Of a DNA stretch of 64,000 bases, positions 19,813-31,256 are shown piece by piece. The notes beneath the pieces were generated by a model. It had not been told where the DNA came from, searched no databases, and saw only the letters and a list, made by a program, of their open reading frames with translations. The number at the start of each line of letters is the position of its first letter. The stretch's first letter is position 1. This DNA is from Acidimicrobiia bacterium (GTDB lineage: Bacteria; Actinomycetota; Acidimicrobiia; Spongiisociales; Spongiisociaceae). Position numbers and translations under genes: made by a program. The DNA is taken from NCBI GenBank assembly GCA_003229305.1, contig QIDH01000057.1, positions 1,702 to 65,701 of the forward strand, written 5' to 3'.

Positions 19813-20610
19813 ATGGCGGACCTGCGTTTCGGTACGTTTCTCGCACCGAGACTTCTGTCGCTTTACCAGGCGATCACGGACCGAGTGGGCGAACGGCTGG
19901 GGATGACCACCGAGCTGGTGGTGGAGACCGACTACGAGAACTGCCGGAACGATATCAACGACATCTGTTTCGTGTGCAGTCTGCCGTACGTCATGTTCGA
20001 GCGGGAGGGCGTCTCGCCCGCGACCCCTATCGCCGCCCCGGTTCTCGCTGAACCTCGATACGGGGGCAAGCCCATCTACTTCTCCGACGTGATCGTGCAT
20101 CGGGACAGCGATATCACGACCTTTGAAGATCTGCGCGGGCGGTCCTGGGCCTACAACGAACCTCTTTCCCACTCAGGATACGGAATAACTCGATACCACC
20201 TCGTGCGGCTTGGTGAAACCGATGGGTTCTTCGGAGACGTCATCGAGGCGGGCTTCCATGAGGCCGCCATCGGTTTGGTTCATCGCGGCGAAATTGAAGG
20301 CTCAGCCATCGATTCCCAGGTTCTCGGCATTGAGTTGCGGGATGATCCAGAATTGCGCGAATCGCTCCGCATCGTCGCGACCCTCGGTCCCTCGACCATA
20401 CAACCGATCGCGGTGTCCAACAGATTTCCGTTGGATTTTCACTCCGAGGTCCGAGCCGCACTGCTCGATTTACACCACGATCCGGGATTCGAGACGGTCC
20501 TCTCAGATGGAATGGTGGACAGGTTCGTCGAGGTCGGACCCGAATCGTACGACGACATACGATCAATGCTCAATGCCTGCGAATCGGCAGACTTCATGGA
20601 ACTGAGATGA
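19813..20610 (+). CDS. PhnD-like phosphate/phosphonate-binding-fold protein without signal peptide
   Basis: YFSDVIV, DLRGRSWAYNEPLSHSGY, GFHEAAI, YDDIR; no hydrophobic N-terminus. Confidence 0.8.
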   Translation: MADLRFGTFLAPRLLSLYQAITDRVGERLGMTTELVVETDYENCRNDINDICFVCSLPYVMFEREGVSPATPIAAPVLAEPRYGGKPIYFSDVIVHRDSDITTFEDLRGRSWAYNEPLSHSGYGITRYHLVRLGETDGFFGDVIEAGFHEAAIGLVHRGEIEGSAIDSQVLGIELRDDPELRESLRIVATLGPSTIQPIAVSNRFPLDFHSEVRAALLDLHHDPGFETVLSDGMVDRFVEVGPESYDDIRSMLNACESADFMELR

Positions 20611-20789
20611 GTCGACGCCTCAACATCTGGGGCTCCTCCCACCGTGCGGCCGACGCACGAGCGAGCGCGACCTGGTTCTCAGACCGAGGATCTAGGCGAC
20701 CTCCCCTGTAGAAGCTCTGCGGCGGCTTCGAGGCAGCGTGACGAATGGGGTCGGAGGGCGTTGGCTGATACCCTCCGACCCGGATCCAC

Positions 20790-21929
20790 ATGAATAATCG
20801 GTCTAGCTCGAGCGCCAAAAATTACTTTCCAGCGCCGATCCGAACGTTGGCCGTTATCGGGCTTCTTTACCTCTTTCTCGGTGGGGTCAAACTCCTCGAA
20901 TCCGGAATCAAGGGACTGGGGAGCGACTTCACCGACGCCCTGTTCGGGAACGTCTCGAATCCGCTGGTGGGCCTCTTCGTCGGTTCCCTGGCGACTGTGT
21001 TGGTGCAGTCCTCTTCGGTTACAACCGCAACGATCGTCGGTTTGGTGGCCAGCGGAGTGGTACCAGTGGACTCAGCCGTTCCCATGATCATGGGAGCCAA
21101 TATCGGTACGACGGTCACGAACACCCTCGTCTCGCTGGCCAACCTCCGCAACCGCGAGGATTTCAAGCGAGCTTTCGCAGCAGCGACCATGCACGATTTC
21201 TTCAACGTGATGACGGTGGCGGTGTTATTGCCGGTGGAACTCCTCACTGGCGTATTGGCGAGAACTGCCGCTGGGATCGCTGGTCTGTTCGCCGGACGGT
21301 CTGACCTTGGCGGATCGTTCAACAGTCCCATCAAGTCGGCCGTCGGGTGGTTGGCCACCGGAGTGCGTGATTCTATCGAAGGCCTGTTCGCATCCACCAA
21401 GGCTCTGGGCGTCGCCTTGGTGGTTCTCGGCATTCTGCTCATCCTTGCGACCCTCACCCTCATCACGAAGAACATGCGAGTCCTGGTCGCGGATCGCATC
21501 GAACGAACGATGAACGCGGCTCTCGCCAAGAGCGGGCTCACTGGTCTTGCGGTCGGCCTGCTGGTGACGGTCGCGGTGCAGTCATCGTCGATCACCACTT
21601 CGATCCTGATTCCTCTGGTGGCGTCTGGTGTGCTGCTGGTCCGAAACGCGTACCCGATAACTCTCGGGGCGAACATCGGCACAACGATCACAGCCTTGCT
21701 GGCCGCACTTGGGGCCGGTGCAGTCGATGGCCTTACGATTGCGATCGTCCACACACTCTTCAACGTCGTCGGCATTCTGTTGATTTACCCCTGGCCCGCG
21801 ACCCGCTACCTTCCCGTTCGCCTGGCCGAGGCGTTGGCGGAGGTGGCTACCCGGCATCGAAGCTTGGCCCTGGTATACGTATTCGGAGTTTTTGTGGCGA
21901 TCCCGGCAATCGGGGTCATCGTTCTCTGA
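20790..21929 (+). CDS. Na+/phosphate cotransporter (NptA/SLC34-like)
   Basis: Two VQSSS repeats, GANIGTT twice, HDFFN. Confidence 0.93.
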   Translation: MNNRSSSSAKNYFPAPIRTLAVIGLLYLFLGGVKLLESGIKGLGSDFTDALFGNVSNPLVGLFVGSLATVLVQSSSVTTATIVGLVASGVVPVDSAVPMIMGANIGTTVTNTLVSLANLRNREDFKRAFAAATMHDFFNVMTVAVLLPVELLTGVLARTAAGIAGLFAGRSDLGGSFNSPIKSAVGWLATGVRDSIEGLFASTKALGVALVVLGILLILATLTLITKNMRVLVADRIERTMNAALAKSGLTGLAVGLLVTVAVQSSSITTSILIPLVASGVLLVRNAYPITLGANIGTTITALLAALGAGAVDGLTIAIVHTLFNVVGILLIYPWPATRYLPVRLAEALAEVATRHRSLALVYVFGVFVAIPAIGVIVL

Positions 21930-21946
21930 GAAAGGGGGAACAAGAA

Positions 21947-22612
21947 ATGGTCTTCAGTTTCTTCCGCAGCGGTGACAAAGCGATGGACGAGGTGGAGGAT
22001 CGCATCCACCAGATGTTGATCGATGGACGGAACGTATACGACACGGCGATGGAGGCCGTCTTCGGAGGCGGCAAGTCGAAGAAAGCCAAGGCAGCGGTCA
22101 AGGGAGCCGACAATGAGATCAACGTCGCCCAGCGTGACGTTCGACGTGCCTTGTTGGTTCACGCCTCTGTAGCCCCGGCGACCGACGTGGCCGAGGTTCT
22201 GTCGTACATGAGCGTCATCAAAGATGTGGAAAGGATCGGCGACTACTCAAAGAACCTCTACGACCTGGCCAGATACGGGGTCAATTTCGAGACAGCCGAC
22301 GACAGGGACGAGCTCGCCAAGTATCGGGATCTGGTCGGCCAGCTCATCTCCGACGCCGCTGCGACGTTCCAGACCAGGGACACGCAGGGAGCCGAGGCGC
22401 TGGTCGCCAAGGCCGGCGGGTTTCTCGACGACTACGACAGCCATGTCAAAGCCGCCTACCGATCGGACGGATCGCCAGATGTCGCAGTAGCGAGAGCCCT
22501 CTATTACCGCTTTTTGAAGCGGATAACCGCCCACGTGATGAACTTTCTCACTGCGCTGGCGTTACCGCTTGATCAACTCGACTACTACGACGAGCCGAAT
22601 CTCGATAGCTGA
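21947..22612 (+). CDS. PhoU-family protein
   Basis: ADNEIN, KDVERIGDYSKN, LKRITAH helical repeats; follows the Na/Pi symporter. Confidence 0.82.
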   Translation: MVFSFFRSGDKAMDEVEDRIHQMLIDGRNVYDTAMEAVFGGGKSKKAKAAVKGADNEINVAQRDVRRALLVHASVAPATDVAEVLSYMSVIKDVERIGDYSKNLYDLARYGVNFETADDRDELAKYRDLVGQLISDAAATFQTRDTQGAEALVAKAGGFLDDYDSHVKAAYRSDGSPDVAVARALYYRFLKRITAHVMNFLTALALPLDQLDYYDEPNLDS

Positions 22613-22642
22613 TCGCCGGAGGGCGGGCACACAGGGGCGAGA

Positions 22643-24025
22643 TCAGCCGGACGCGGCTCTGACGGCCTTGGCGACCTCGTCGGCAACGACCGCGTTGAAC
22701 ACAGAGGGAATGATGTATGCCCGGTTGACCTGCTCATCTGTCACCACCGAGGCGATGGCGCGAGCTGCCGCGGTTTTCATTGCTTCCGAGATCTCGGGCG
22801 CCCTCGAATCCAGCGCCCCTCTGAACACCCCGGGGAAAGCGAGCACGTTATTGATCTGATTAGGGAAGTCGGATCGACCGGTCGCGACCACTGCGGCGTA
22901 CTCGAGCGCCCCGGTTGGATCGACCTCTGGATCAGGGTTCGCGAGAGCGAAGACGATGGGGTTGTCCGCCATGAGTTCGATGTCCTTCGGCGCGAACAGG
23001 TTGGGGGCTGAAACTCCGATGAACACATCCGCCCCCTTCAACGCATCGAGCACATCGCCTGCGCGGCCCTCGCTGTTCGTGTTCTGAGCCAACCATTGTT
23101 TCGACTCGGCGTTCAGTTCTCGACCCGCGTGGATTATCCCCTTCGAGTCCAGGGCCACGATGTCTCCGACGTTTTCGTCTTTCAACATCTTTGCAACGGC
23201 GACGCCTGCGGCCCCGGCTCCTGACATGGCCACGGTGATGTCGGCGAACGATTTGCCGACCACTCTCAGTGCGTTGGTCAATGCTGCGACAACGACGATC
23301 GCGGTCCCGTGCTGATCGTCGTGGAAAACCGGGATGTCGAGTGACTCACGCAATCTGGCCTCGATCTCGAAGCACCGAGGGGCGGCGATATCCTCAAGGT
23401 TGATGCCGCCGAATCCGGGAGCGATCACCTCGCAGGTGCGGATGATCTCTTCGGTGTCCTGTGTGTCCAAGCACAATGGCCATGCGTCGACATTGGCGAA
23501 TCGTTTGAACAGGGCTGCCTTGCCTTCCATGACCGGCATCGCCGCGGCCGGCCCTATATTGCCGAGTCCGAGCACTGCGCTGCCATCCGTGACGATCGCC
23601 ACGGTGTTGCCCTTGATGGTCAGGTTGTGGGCATCTTCTGGCCGCTCGGCGATCGCCTCACACACTCTGGCCACTCCTGGCGTGTAGGCCATCGATAGCT
23701 GGTCTCGGGTGCGCAGTTGCACTCGGGACCGAACCTCCAGCTTGCCGCCAAGATGCATCAGGAAGGTGCGATCGCTGACCTTGTGGACGCTGATTCCGTC
23801 CACGGCCCCGACGGCATCAGCGATCTCGGCGGCGTGATCGACGTCGCGGGCGTTGGCGGTGAGGTCGATGACCAGTCTGTCGCTCTCCGAATCGACGAAA
23901 TCCATCGCAGCTACGACGCCGCCTGCCTCGCCAACGGCAGTAGTGGCGAGTCCCACCCCTCTTGGGTCGTCAGGGTGGAGATGGAGACGCATCGTGATGG
24001 AATATCCGGCGCTGGCTATCGACAT
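22643..24025 (-). CDS. NAD(P)-dependent malic enzyme with N-terminal ACT domain
   Basis: [49 protein letters not shown]. Confidence 0.95.
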   Translation of the reverse strand: MSIASAGYSITMRLHLHPDDPRGVGLATTAVGEAGGVVAAMDFVDSESDRLVIDLTANARDVDHAAEIADAVGAVDGISVHKVSDRTFLMHLGGKLEVRSRVQLRTRDQLSMAYTPGVARVCEAIAERPEDAHNLTIKGNTVAIVTDGSAVLGLGNIGPAAAMPVMEGKAALFKRFANVDAWPLCLDTQDTEEIIRTCEVIAPGFGGINLEDIAAPRCFEIEARLRESLDIPVFHDDQHGTAIVVVAALTNALRVVGKSFADITVAMSGAGAAGVAVAKMLKDENVGDIVALDSKGIIHAGRELNAESKQWLAQNTNSEGRAGDVLDALKGADVFIGVSAPNLFAPKDIELMADNPIVFALANPDPEVDPTGALEYAAVVATGRSDFPNQINNVLAFPGVFRGALDSRAPEISEAMKTAAARAIASVVTDEQVNRAYIIPSVFNAVVADEVAKAVRAASG

Positions 24026-24151
24026 GATTGAGATCCCTGTGGTCGGGTGGAAGCTTTGATTTACGGACTGGCGCTTTAGGTTACAGGTCGAGACCAAGGT
24101 CGCCAGACCCGATTGGACCTACCGGCCGACAACGGGCCCTATCGTTGCGCC

Positions 24152-25894
24152 ATGGTCTCCAACCGTGAACTGGCAGCGCTCTTCGACGAGCTTGCCTCTT
24201 TGCTCAAAGTCGCTGACGGCAACGCTCAATCGTTCAAGGCCAGGGCTTACGAGACTGCGGCAAGGACGCTGGACACGCTCGAGCCACCTGCGTCCGAGAT
24301 GCCGGTCACCGAACTCATCAAACTCAAAGGGATCGGCAAATCGTCCGCGTCGAAGATCAAAGAGATCGTCGAGACCGGCACGATGGACAGGTTGATCAAG
24401 CTAAGGGAAGAATTTCCGCCGACGTTCTTGGATCTGGTCAGGGTGCCTGGGCTTGGACCAAAAACCGCTCTCATGATCAGAGAACGGCTGGACATCGAAG
24501 ACATTGACGGGCTGAGGGACGCCATCGTCAACGAGAAGCTGAGAGAACTGCCAGGCCTAGGAGCGAAGACCGAGGAGAAGCTGGCCAAGGCTCTCGATCG
24601 GCTTGGCACCTCTGGCAAAGACCGCAGAACACCGATCCTCGACGCGATGGCCATGGCGAGCCGCATCATCGACGAGCTGAAGCCGATGGCCGAGGTAGAA
24701 CGAATTCAATACTGCGGCAGTCTTCGCCGGTTCCGGGACACAGTGGCAGATGTCGACATCCTCGTAGCCGCCGCTGACCCGGCCCCCGTCACTGAACGCT
24801 TTTCAACCCTCGCCTTCGTGACAGAAGTGATCGGCTCTGGTTCTACTAAGACCTCGGTCATAACTCAGGGCGGTCTTCAGGTCGATCTCAGGGTGGTCGA
24901 GCCAGCTCAGTGGGGGGCGGCGATCCTGTATTTCACGGGTTCGAAAGCGCACAACATCAGGCTGCGCCGACTGGCCATCCAACGTGGCTGGCTACTCAAC
25001 GAATACGCGCTGGCGGAGTCCGAAGGCGGTGCGGTGGTCGCTTCCGAAACCGAAGAGGAGATATACGACGCTCTCGATCTTCCGTGGATCCCCCCGGCGG
25101 TCAGAGAAGACACTGGCGAAATAGAGTTCGGCCTCGATCGCAGTCTTCCGGCGTTCGTGCGTTGGGAGGATCTTCGCGGGGACCTGCATGTGCACACCTC
25201 GATGTCGGGGGACGGAGACCATTCGCTCACTGAGATGCTCGACGCCGCAGTCCGGAGAGGGCTCGAGTACCTCGCCTTGACTGACCATGCCGAAGACCTG
25301 GCCATGAACGGAGTGGACCAGGACGCGATGCTCGAACAGAGGGGCATCATCGGATCGATGGCTGCCAACTATCCAACCCTGACGATTCTCCACGGCGCAG
25401 AGCTCAACATCGGCAAGGACGGTGGCGTCGACTACGACCCCGAATTTCTCAGCACGTTCGATTGGGGCGTCGCCAGCGTGCATAGCCTCTTCGACCTGGA
25501 TATCGAAGCCCAGACCACCAGAGTGATCACTGCGATGCAGAACCCGGCGGTCAACGTCATAGGCCACCTGTTCGGTCGCCGGATCGGCAAACGCCCAGGG
25601 ATAGAGCTGATCGATGAAGCCGTTATCGAGGCAGCGGCGTTGACCGGCACCGCGATCGAGATCAACTCCCACCTCGATCGCCTCGATGCACCAAGCGAGT
25701 TTCTCCGAAAGGCAATGTCCAACCCAGATGTGATGTTCGTCATCTCCACCGACAGCCACCGCACGGGCGAACTCTGGCAGTCACGCTTCGGGGTCACCCA
25801 TGCGCAAAGAGGTTGGGTGACGGCCGACCGGGTGGCCAACACGTGGCCAGTGGATCGTTTCGTCGAATGGGCAGCGAATCAACGAGTGGGCTGA
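24152..25894 (+). CDS. polX: DNA polymerase X / PHP 3'-5' exonuclease
   Basis: HhH GIGKS and GLGPKT, GSLRRF..DVD, YFTGSKAHN, PHP DLHVHT, TDH, STDSH; TATCGT-6nt-ATG. Confidence 0.95.
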   Translation: MVSNRELAALFDELASLLKVADGNAQSFKARAYETAARTLDTLEPPASEMPVTELIKLKGIGKSSASKIKEIVETGTMDRLIKLREEFPPTFLDLVRVPGLGPKTALMIRERLDIEDIDGLRDAIVNEKLRELPGLGAKTEEKLAKALDRLGTSGKDRRTPILDAMAMASRIIDELKPMAEVERIQYCGSLRRFRDTVADVDILVAAADPAPVTERFSTLAFVTEVIGSGSTKTSVITQGGLQVDLRVVEPAQWGAAILYFTGSKAHNIRLRRLAIQRGWLLNEYALAESEGGAVVASETEEEIYDALDLPWIPPAVREDTGEIEFGLDRSLPAFVRWEDLRGDLHVHTSMSGDGDHSLTEMLDAAVRRGLEYLALTDHAEDLAMNGVDQDAMLEQRGIIGSMAANYPTLTILHGAELNIGKDGGVDYDPEFLSTFDWGVASVHSLFDLDIEAQTTRVITAMQNPAVNVIGHLFGRRIGKRPGIELIDEAVIEAAALTGTAIEINSHLDRLDAPSEFLRKAMSNPDVMFVISTDSHRTGELWQSRFGVTHAQRGWVTADRVANTWPVDRFVEWAANQRVG

Positions 25895-25895
25895 T

Positions 25896-26786
25896 CTATG
25901 CTTCTCGGCTTTCAGCGATGATGGAGTTCTCCAAGAATTCGGAGATCAGTTTGGTGACCTCGTCAGGGCGCTCGAGCATCGGTATATGGCCTACACCTTC
26001 GAGCGTCTGGAAATCCCAATCAGGCTTTCGACCGGCCAGCCGGGCCGATGCGACATATGGAACAACCCGGTCGGCTGTCCCATGGACGAGCAGTGTTGGC
26101 ACGGTGATCGCATCCACGACTTCGTGATACCTACTCGGTAGCAGCCGCACCAGGATCGAACGGTACGCGGTCAGAAAGGAAGTGTGGGCCCAGGGCTGGG
26201 TGCGTCGTTCGGCCGCGACGGCTACGTGGGCCGCGGTCGTCTCCGCTCCAATACCGCCAGGGTCAGCGGCGACCATCCCGAAACTGTCTGCTACCCGCTG
26301 AGCAGGAGTCATTGAGCGATCGACTGCGTTGAGGACGGCCCTGCCGAAGGGTGGAGCGAATGAGCCGAACGCCATTACGAACATGTTGCGGTCGATCGAG
26401 CGCCACTCCATCGGAGCAGGGCCGGCCGGATCGAGCAACACCAATCGGCTGACCAGCTCTGGCCGCCGCGCGGCTTCGAGCATCGCAATCAGTCCGCCCA
26501 TCGAATTGCCGACGAGCGTCACAGGCTCAGCGAATTCCGAACCGATGAATCTAGCCAAAAAGGCCTGTTGGGCATCGATGTGGGCAGACCGTCCGGCCGG
26601 TGGAGTTCGGCCGAAGCCGGGCAAATCGACGGCGACGACCCGGCCAAACGACGTGAGCCTTGGGCCAAGTTCGATCCAGTTGACCACAGAGCCGCCGAGG
26701 CCGTGAACCAAGAGGAACGGATCACCCTGCCCCCCGTAGTCGATTGCGTGAACGGGGCCGTCGATGTCGACTGTGAATGATTCCAT
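25896..26786 (-). CDS. Alpha/beta hydrolase
   Basis: HGLGG, DLPGFG, GNSMGG, HGTADRVV, GHIPMLE. Confidence 0.92.
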   Translation of the reverse strand: MESFTVDIDGPVHAIDYGGQGDPFLLVHGLGGSVVNWIELGPRLTSFGRVVAVDLPGFGRTPPAGRSAHIDAQQAFLARFIGSEFAEPVTLVGNSMGGLIAMLEAARRPELVSRLVLLDPAGPAPMEWRSIDRNMFVMAFGSFAPPFGRAVLNAVDRSMTPAQRVADSFGMVAADPGGIGAETTAAHVAVAAERRTQPWAHTSFLTAYRSILVRLLPSRYHEVVDAITVPTLLVHGTADRVVPYVASARLAGRKPDWDFQTLEGVGHIPMLERPDEVTKLISEFLENSIIAESREA

Positions 26787-26827
26787 GGCGGCACGTTACC
26801 GTCGGCGACGGCTCTAGTCGCCGAAAC

Positions 26828-27850
26828 TCAGTACGAGCAGATCCGTCGAACGGCCTCGGCGATTCCGTGCTGGTCTGGTCTGTAAACGTCTTCGAGGGGA
26901 GGGCTGAACGGCACAGGCGTGTCCAACCCTCCGATCCGCATGACCGGCGCGTCCAACGACTCGAAGGCTTCCTCGGCGATCACGGCGGCGATCTCGGCTC
27001 CGATTCCTGCCAGTCGGTTGGCCGCATGCACGACCAAGGACCGGCCTGTTTTGGCCACAGACTCCAGCACGGTGGCTGTGTCGAGCGGCTTGAGAGTGCG
27101 GAGATCCACGACCTCGACATCGATGCCCTCCCCGGCCAAGGTCCCGGCGGCCGCCAACGCCTGGTGGACCATCGCGCCGTAGGAGATCACAGTCGCATCC
27201 GTGCCTTGCCTGGTAACGGCCGCCATGCCCAAGGGGACGGAATGCTCGCCTTCTGGAACCGGGCCCTTCAACGACCGATACAGAGGCTTCGACTCGAAGT
27301 AGATCACCGGATTGTTGTCGCGGATCGCCGAGATCAGGAGCCCCTTGGCGTCGGCCGGCGTAGAAGGTGCGACGACTTTGAGGCCTGGCGTGTGCACAAA
27401 CCAGGCCTCCGGGTTCTGGCTGTGAAACGGCCCTGACCGGATGCCGCCGTCAGAAGGGGCCCTGATCACCCACGGCACGGAACCTCCCCAGCGGTAATGG
27501 GTCGTAGCTGCGAATTGAACTATCGAGTCGAATCCGGTGCTGATGAAGTCGGCGAACTGCACCTCGATGACCGGCCGCAGTCCCATCAGTGCCATGCCGT
27601 TGGCCGCGCCGATGAATGAGAGCTCGGTCATCGGCATGTTGAGCACTCTGCGGTCACCGAACCGTTCTGCGAGACCTTTGGTGACGTTGAACGCGCCGCC
27701 GAAGCTTCCGCCGACGTCCTCGCCAAGCACGAGGACGTTCGGGTCGTTGGCCATCTCGGTTGCCAAGCCATCTGAGATCGCCTCGATGTAGGTCTTTTGG
27801 TGACCTGTTGACGCTGGTTGATCGGCGAACCCGAAATTTCCATCGGTCAT
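26828..27850 (-). CDS. 2-oxoacid dehydrogenase E1 beta subunit
   Basis: LGEDVG, EVQFADF, FHSQNPEAWF, DAKGLL, VDLRTLKPLD. Confidence 0.94.
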   Translation of the reverse strand: MTDGNFGFADQPASTGHQKTYIEAISDGLATEMANDPNVLVLGEDVGGSFGGAFNVTKGLAERFGDRRVLNMPMTELSFIGAANGMALMGLRPVIEVQFADFISTGFDSIVQFAATTHYRWGGSVPWVIRAPSDGGIRSGPFHSQNPEAWFVHTPGLKVVAPSTPADAKGLLISAIRDNNPVIYFESKPLYRSLKGPVPEGEHSVPLGMAAVTRQGTDATVISYGAMVHQALAAAGTLAGEGIDVEVVDLRTLKPLDTATVLESVAKTGRSLVVHAANRLAGIGAEIAAVIAEEAFESLDAPVMRIGGLDTPVPFSPPLEDVYRPDQHGIAEAVRRICSY

Positions 27851-28839
27851 GGCGCGTACACGCCCTCGGCCACGGTCTGGGGATCAGGCCATTCGCTTTC
27901 CTCAGCGAAGCGGACAGCACTCGCTACCTCCGCTTTGCACCTGGCGGCTACCGCCCCGAACGCCCGATCGTCGCTGACGCCGTCGTCTCGCAGCGTTTGC
28001 TCGTAGCGCTCGAGCGGATCGAGTTTGCGCCACTTGTCGATCAGGTCGGCCGGCACATACTCCGCGCCGTCGTGAATGGCATGGCCGAGCATTCGCATCG
28101 TCTTGGCTTCGATCAGCGTCGGTCCACCCCCTGAGCGGGCCCTTTCGACGGCGACTGTCGCGGCCCCGTGGACTGCCCCGACATCGTTGCCGTCGATGAT
28201 CTCGGACGTCACACCCTGGGCGGTTCCCCTCTGTGAAATGTCCTCGATGGCCATCTGCTGGCTGATCGGCGTCGAATACGCGTACTGGTTGTTCTCGACG
28301 ATCACGACGAGGGGAGCCTCGTGCACAGCCGCCAGGTTGAGGGTCTCGTGGAATAGGCCGGTATTCGATGAGCCGTCGCCCACAAACGTCATTGCGACCC
28401 GCGGCTCCTCTCGGTATTGAAAGGCCATGGCGGCTCCGAGGGCGACCGGCATGGACTGAGGGAGGTGGCTGACGAAGCCGATGATGTTGAGATCGAGGTC
28501 TCCACAGCCGTGCAAGTTGGCGTCCCTGCCTCTGTTCACGCCGGTCGCCCTGCCTAGTTGGGAGGCGAGCAGCCGAGCTGGGGTCATGCCCCTGAGCAAA
28601 TAGCAACCGAGGTCCCGGTGCATCGGCGCAACGACGTCGTCAGGACCGAGCGCGAACCCCGCTCCGACGCTGATCGCCTCGTGCCCTCGCTGGCTGAACG
28701 TCCCGCCGAGGCCTCTTCCCTGTTTCCACAAGGAGATGATCCGGTCGTCGAGAGTCCTGGTCAGTCGCATCCAGTAGTGGATCTGGCGTCGCTCTGCTTC
28801 GCTCAGAGGGTCCTCCCCGGCCGGGTCACGCAAGTTCAA
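27847..28839 (-). CDS. 2-oxoacid dehydrogenase E1 alpha subunit (TPP-dependent)
   Basis: GHEA, HRD, GDG...ENNQYAYS, R..GHAIHD, DPL. Confidence 0.93.
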   Translation of the reverse strand: MNLRDPAGEDPLSEAERRQIHYWMRLTRTLDDRIISLWKQGRGLGGTFSQRGHEAISVGAGFALGPDDVVAPMHRDLGCYLLRGMTPARLLASQLGRATGVNRGRDANLHGCGDLDLNIIGFVSHLPQSMPVALGAAMAFQYREEPRVAMTFVGDGSSNTGLFHETLNLAAVHEAPLVVIVENNQYAYSTPISQQMAIEDISQRGTAQGVTSEIIDGNDVGAVHGAATVAVERARSGGGPTLIEAKTMRMLGHAIHDGAEYVPADLIDKWRKLDPLERYEQTLRDDGVSDDRAFGAVAARCKAEVASAVRFAEESEWPDPQTVAEGVYAP

Positions 28840-31187
28840 TCGTGATTTCGTCGTTCACGATCGATCGTCTCGAGGTAGGTGAGCCGGCGCACCGCCATTC
28901 GAAGTTCGGCGGCGAAGGCCTTGCGGCGCTCGGCCAGGTCTGGGGACTGACTGTCGAGTAGATCGCGATTGGCTGCGAGTTTGAGAGCGTTCGTGAACAG
29001 GCTCTTGGACACCGACTCGCTGGCCCTGAGCCGACGCTGCCTTCTGTACTGCTCTCCTCGGCCGAGGGCGCATTCGAGGCACGCCTCTTCATCCCATACT
29101 TCGTCGGCGGGCCGCTCCTCCAACTCTTCCGCGACCACCAGGTATGCCTCGACGAAACTTCGCAGCGCCCACGGTGCGCTCAAGGGGGTGATTGAGCGCA
29201 GCAATTTGTTGATCGAATCTGCGCCCTGGCTGATGGCATCCGCCCACTCAGGGTCGAACAGGGCGAGTTCCTGGTGGATCTCTTCTTGGAACTCGGCGCG
29301 CTCTGCGAAGAAGAACTCGAATTTGAGCATGTCGCGCATTGCCGCGACCTCCGACCAGAATGCTTCCACATCGCCCCCTCCGCTCTCGGCGGCCGCGGCC
29401 AGCGCAACCTCGGCGATTGCGGAGTTCAGGAAGAAGTGGATGATGGTGTTTCGATAGAACGCCGCGGCGAGATGCTGATCGGCAACTATTTGGAAGACCT
29501 GCTCAGGTCCGGTCGAGTGGATGGTGACGATCCCGTGCTCGGCGAGAGCACCCATGACATCGTCGATGCCCTGGTCGGACTTGAGGACTGCCAGCGGTTC
29601 GGTCGATGGCAGGTCTCGCTCTGCGACTCTGTCAACCAACTCGCCGAGATGCGCAGCTAGCTCTTCGCGAGTCAAGGCATGGTCGCCGGCGGCCAGCAGG
29701 GCGACGGTTGCCAACGAGGTTGGAGTGATCGGCGTCACCCGGTTGATCCGCAGCATCACCTCGAACGCAATCTTGGCGACGTCGACCTGGCGCTCCTCCC
29801 CGCTCAGTCCGATATCGAGTTCCTTGGCCATCGACACAGGTTCGCCGAATCGCAGGTGGATGTTGCCGTACCGGTTTCGCAGGGATCGGATCGTTTTGAC
29901 CAGCCAGGTCGCAGACTCCTTTTCCTTTCCTTCTCCTCGCTGCTCCGCCGCGTACGACCCGACCTCCTGGATGTGGTCATAGGTGATCGCAGTTGGGATC
30001 AGGTATACGTCGTCGCTTTTTCCATTGCTGATCGCGTCTGCCACATAGGCCAGCATGCCGTAGCGGGGCGGAAGCATCTTTCCTGTTCGACTCCGACCGC
30101 CCTCGAGGTACCACTCGAGCGGGAAGCGCTTTTCGATCAGGTATTCGATGTAGGAACGGAGTACGAACTTGTAGGTCGGATTGTCCTTGAAGCTGCGCCT
30201 GATGAAAAACACGCCAGTTCGACGGATCAGCGGCCCAACCGGGAAGAAGTTCATGTTGATCCCGCCTGCGGTGTGATTGGGCGGTAGATCGTTTTCCCAC
30301 AGTGAATATTGAAGGACCAGGTGGTCGAGATTCGACTTGTGCGAAGGCAAAAAGACAAGCGGGTGCTGGTTGCCGAGGTGGTAAAGGTCCTGGAACTGGG
30401 TGGTGTCGTAGTTGATCGACCCGTAACCCTGGCGATAGATGAACCTGATCCCGGAGGCCACCAGATCGATCACAAATGGCGAGTGGCTGGCCGCGATCTC
30501 CTTGAGGTAGCGGCCGGACTTTCGCAACATCTGATCGACAGGCCTGCCGAGCTGGGGAGCGATCTCTGCCAGCCCGTCCTTGAACTCGCCTCTCCTGAGA
30601 ATTTCCTCGTGGACGAACTTGGGGATCTTGTAGCGGGTACCTCTCAGGTGTCGCTCTGAACGTTCGAGAGCCAGCCAAGCGCGCCTGGAGACGAATTCGT
30701 CAATCGGCATGACTTCGACCGACTCCTGCCATTGAGACCGGAGTTCGGCCGCGGTCGCTGCCGCGCCGGAGATCAGCCTGGCCCGATCGGGGTTGGTGCG
30801 AAGCGTGACCTGTTGGGTGATCACGTCCGGGTCGCGGGGGTCCCTAAGTGATAGGAAGTCCCTCGCCCTCAGGCTTCTGCGCCCTCGGTGCTCTGCGGCC
30901 AGCCAGACCACCCGCATCGGCAGAATGATCGGGTTGTCTCCCCGGTTCAGCCGAGCCGCCAGCCGCGGGTCGATTTCGTGTCGTTTCTTGCGACGACGAG
31001 AGGGCGGAATCTCAATGACCTCGACGTTGGTGGCGGGGGGCTGATGGCGCGCCATCCAACCCGCCACGAGCTGGCGTTCCAGCCTGGAGGCAGGATCAGA
31101 GATTACGACAACCGCTTGCACGGCCTCGTCTGGCCAGTCTGGCTCGTCCGTAAGGATCACGTCGGATACGTCTGCGCTCAGCACCAT
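28836..31187 (-). CDS. plsB: Glycerol-3-phosphate O-acyltransferase
   Basis: SHKSNLD (HxxxxD), [16 protein letters not shown]; TACAAT-8nt-ATG. Confidence 0.92.
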   Translation of the reverse strand: MVLSADVSDVILTDEPDWPDEAVQAVVVISDPASRLERQLVAGWMARHQPPATNVEVIEIPPSRRRKKRHEIDPRLAARLNRGDNPIILPMRVVWLAAEHRGRRSLRARDFLSLRDPRDPDVITQQVTLRTNPDRARLISGAAATAAELRSQWQESVEVMPIDEFVSRRAWLALERSERHLRGTRYKIPKFVHEEILRRGEFKDGLAEIAPQLGRPVDQMLRKSGRYLKEIAASHSPFVIDLVASGIRFIYRQGYGSINYDTTQFQDLYHLGNQHPLVFLPSHKSNLDHLVLQYSLWENDLPPNHTAGGINMNFFPVGPLIRRTGVFFIRRSFKDNPTYKFVLRSYIEYLIEKRFPLEWYLEGGRSRTGKMLPPRYGMLAYVADAISNGKSDDVYLIPTAITYDHIQEVGSYAAEQRGEGKEKESATWLVKTIRSLRNRYGNIHLRFGEPVSMAKELDIGLSGEERQVDVAKIAFEVMLRINRVTPITPTSLATVALLAAGDHALTREELAAHLGELVDRVAERDLPSTEPLAVLKSDQGIDDVMGALAEHGIVTIHSTGPEQVFQIVADQHLAAAFYRNTIIHFFLNSAIAEVALAAAAESGGGDVEAFWSEVAAMRDMLKFEFFFAERAEFQEEIHQELALFDPEWADAISQGADSINKLLRSITPLSAPWALRSFVEAYLVVAEELEERPADEVWDEEACLECALGRGEQYRRQRRLRASESVSKSLFTNALKLAANRDLLDSQSPDLAERRKAFAAELRMAVRRLTYLETIDRERRNHD

Positions 31188-31256
31188 GGCGCCCGATTGT
31201 ATGGCGCAAGACGCCGATGTGTAGCAACGGATCAATCTGCTGATACATTTGCGCGC

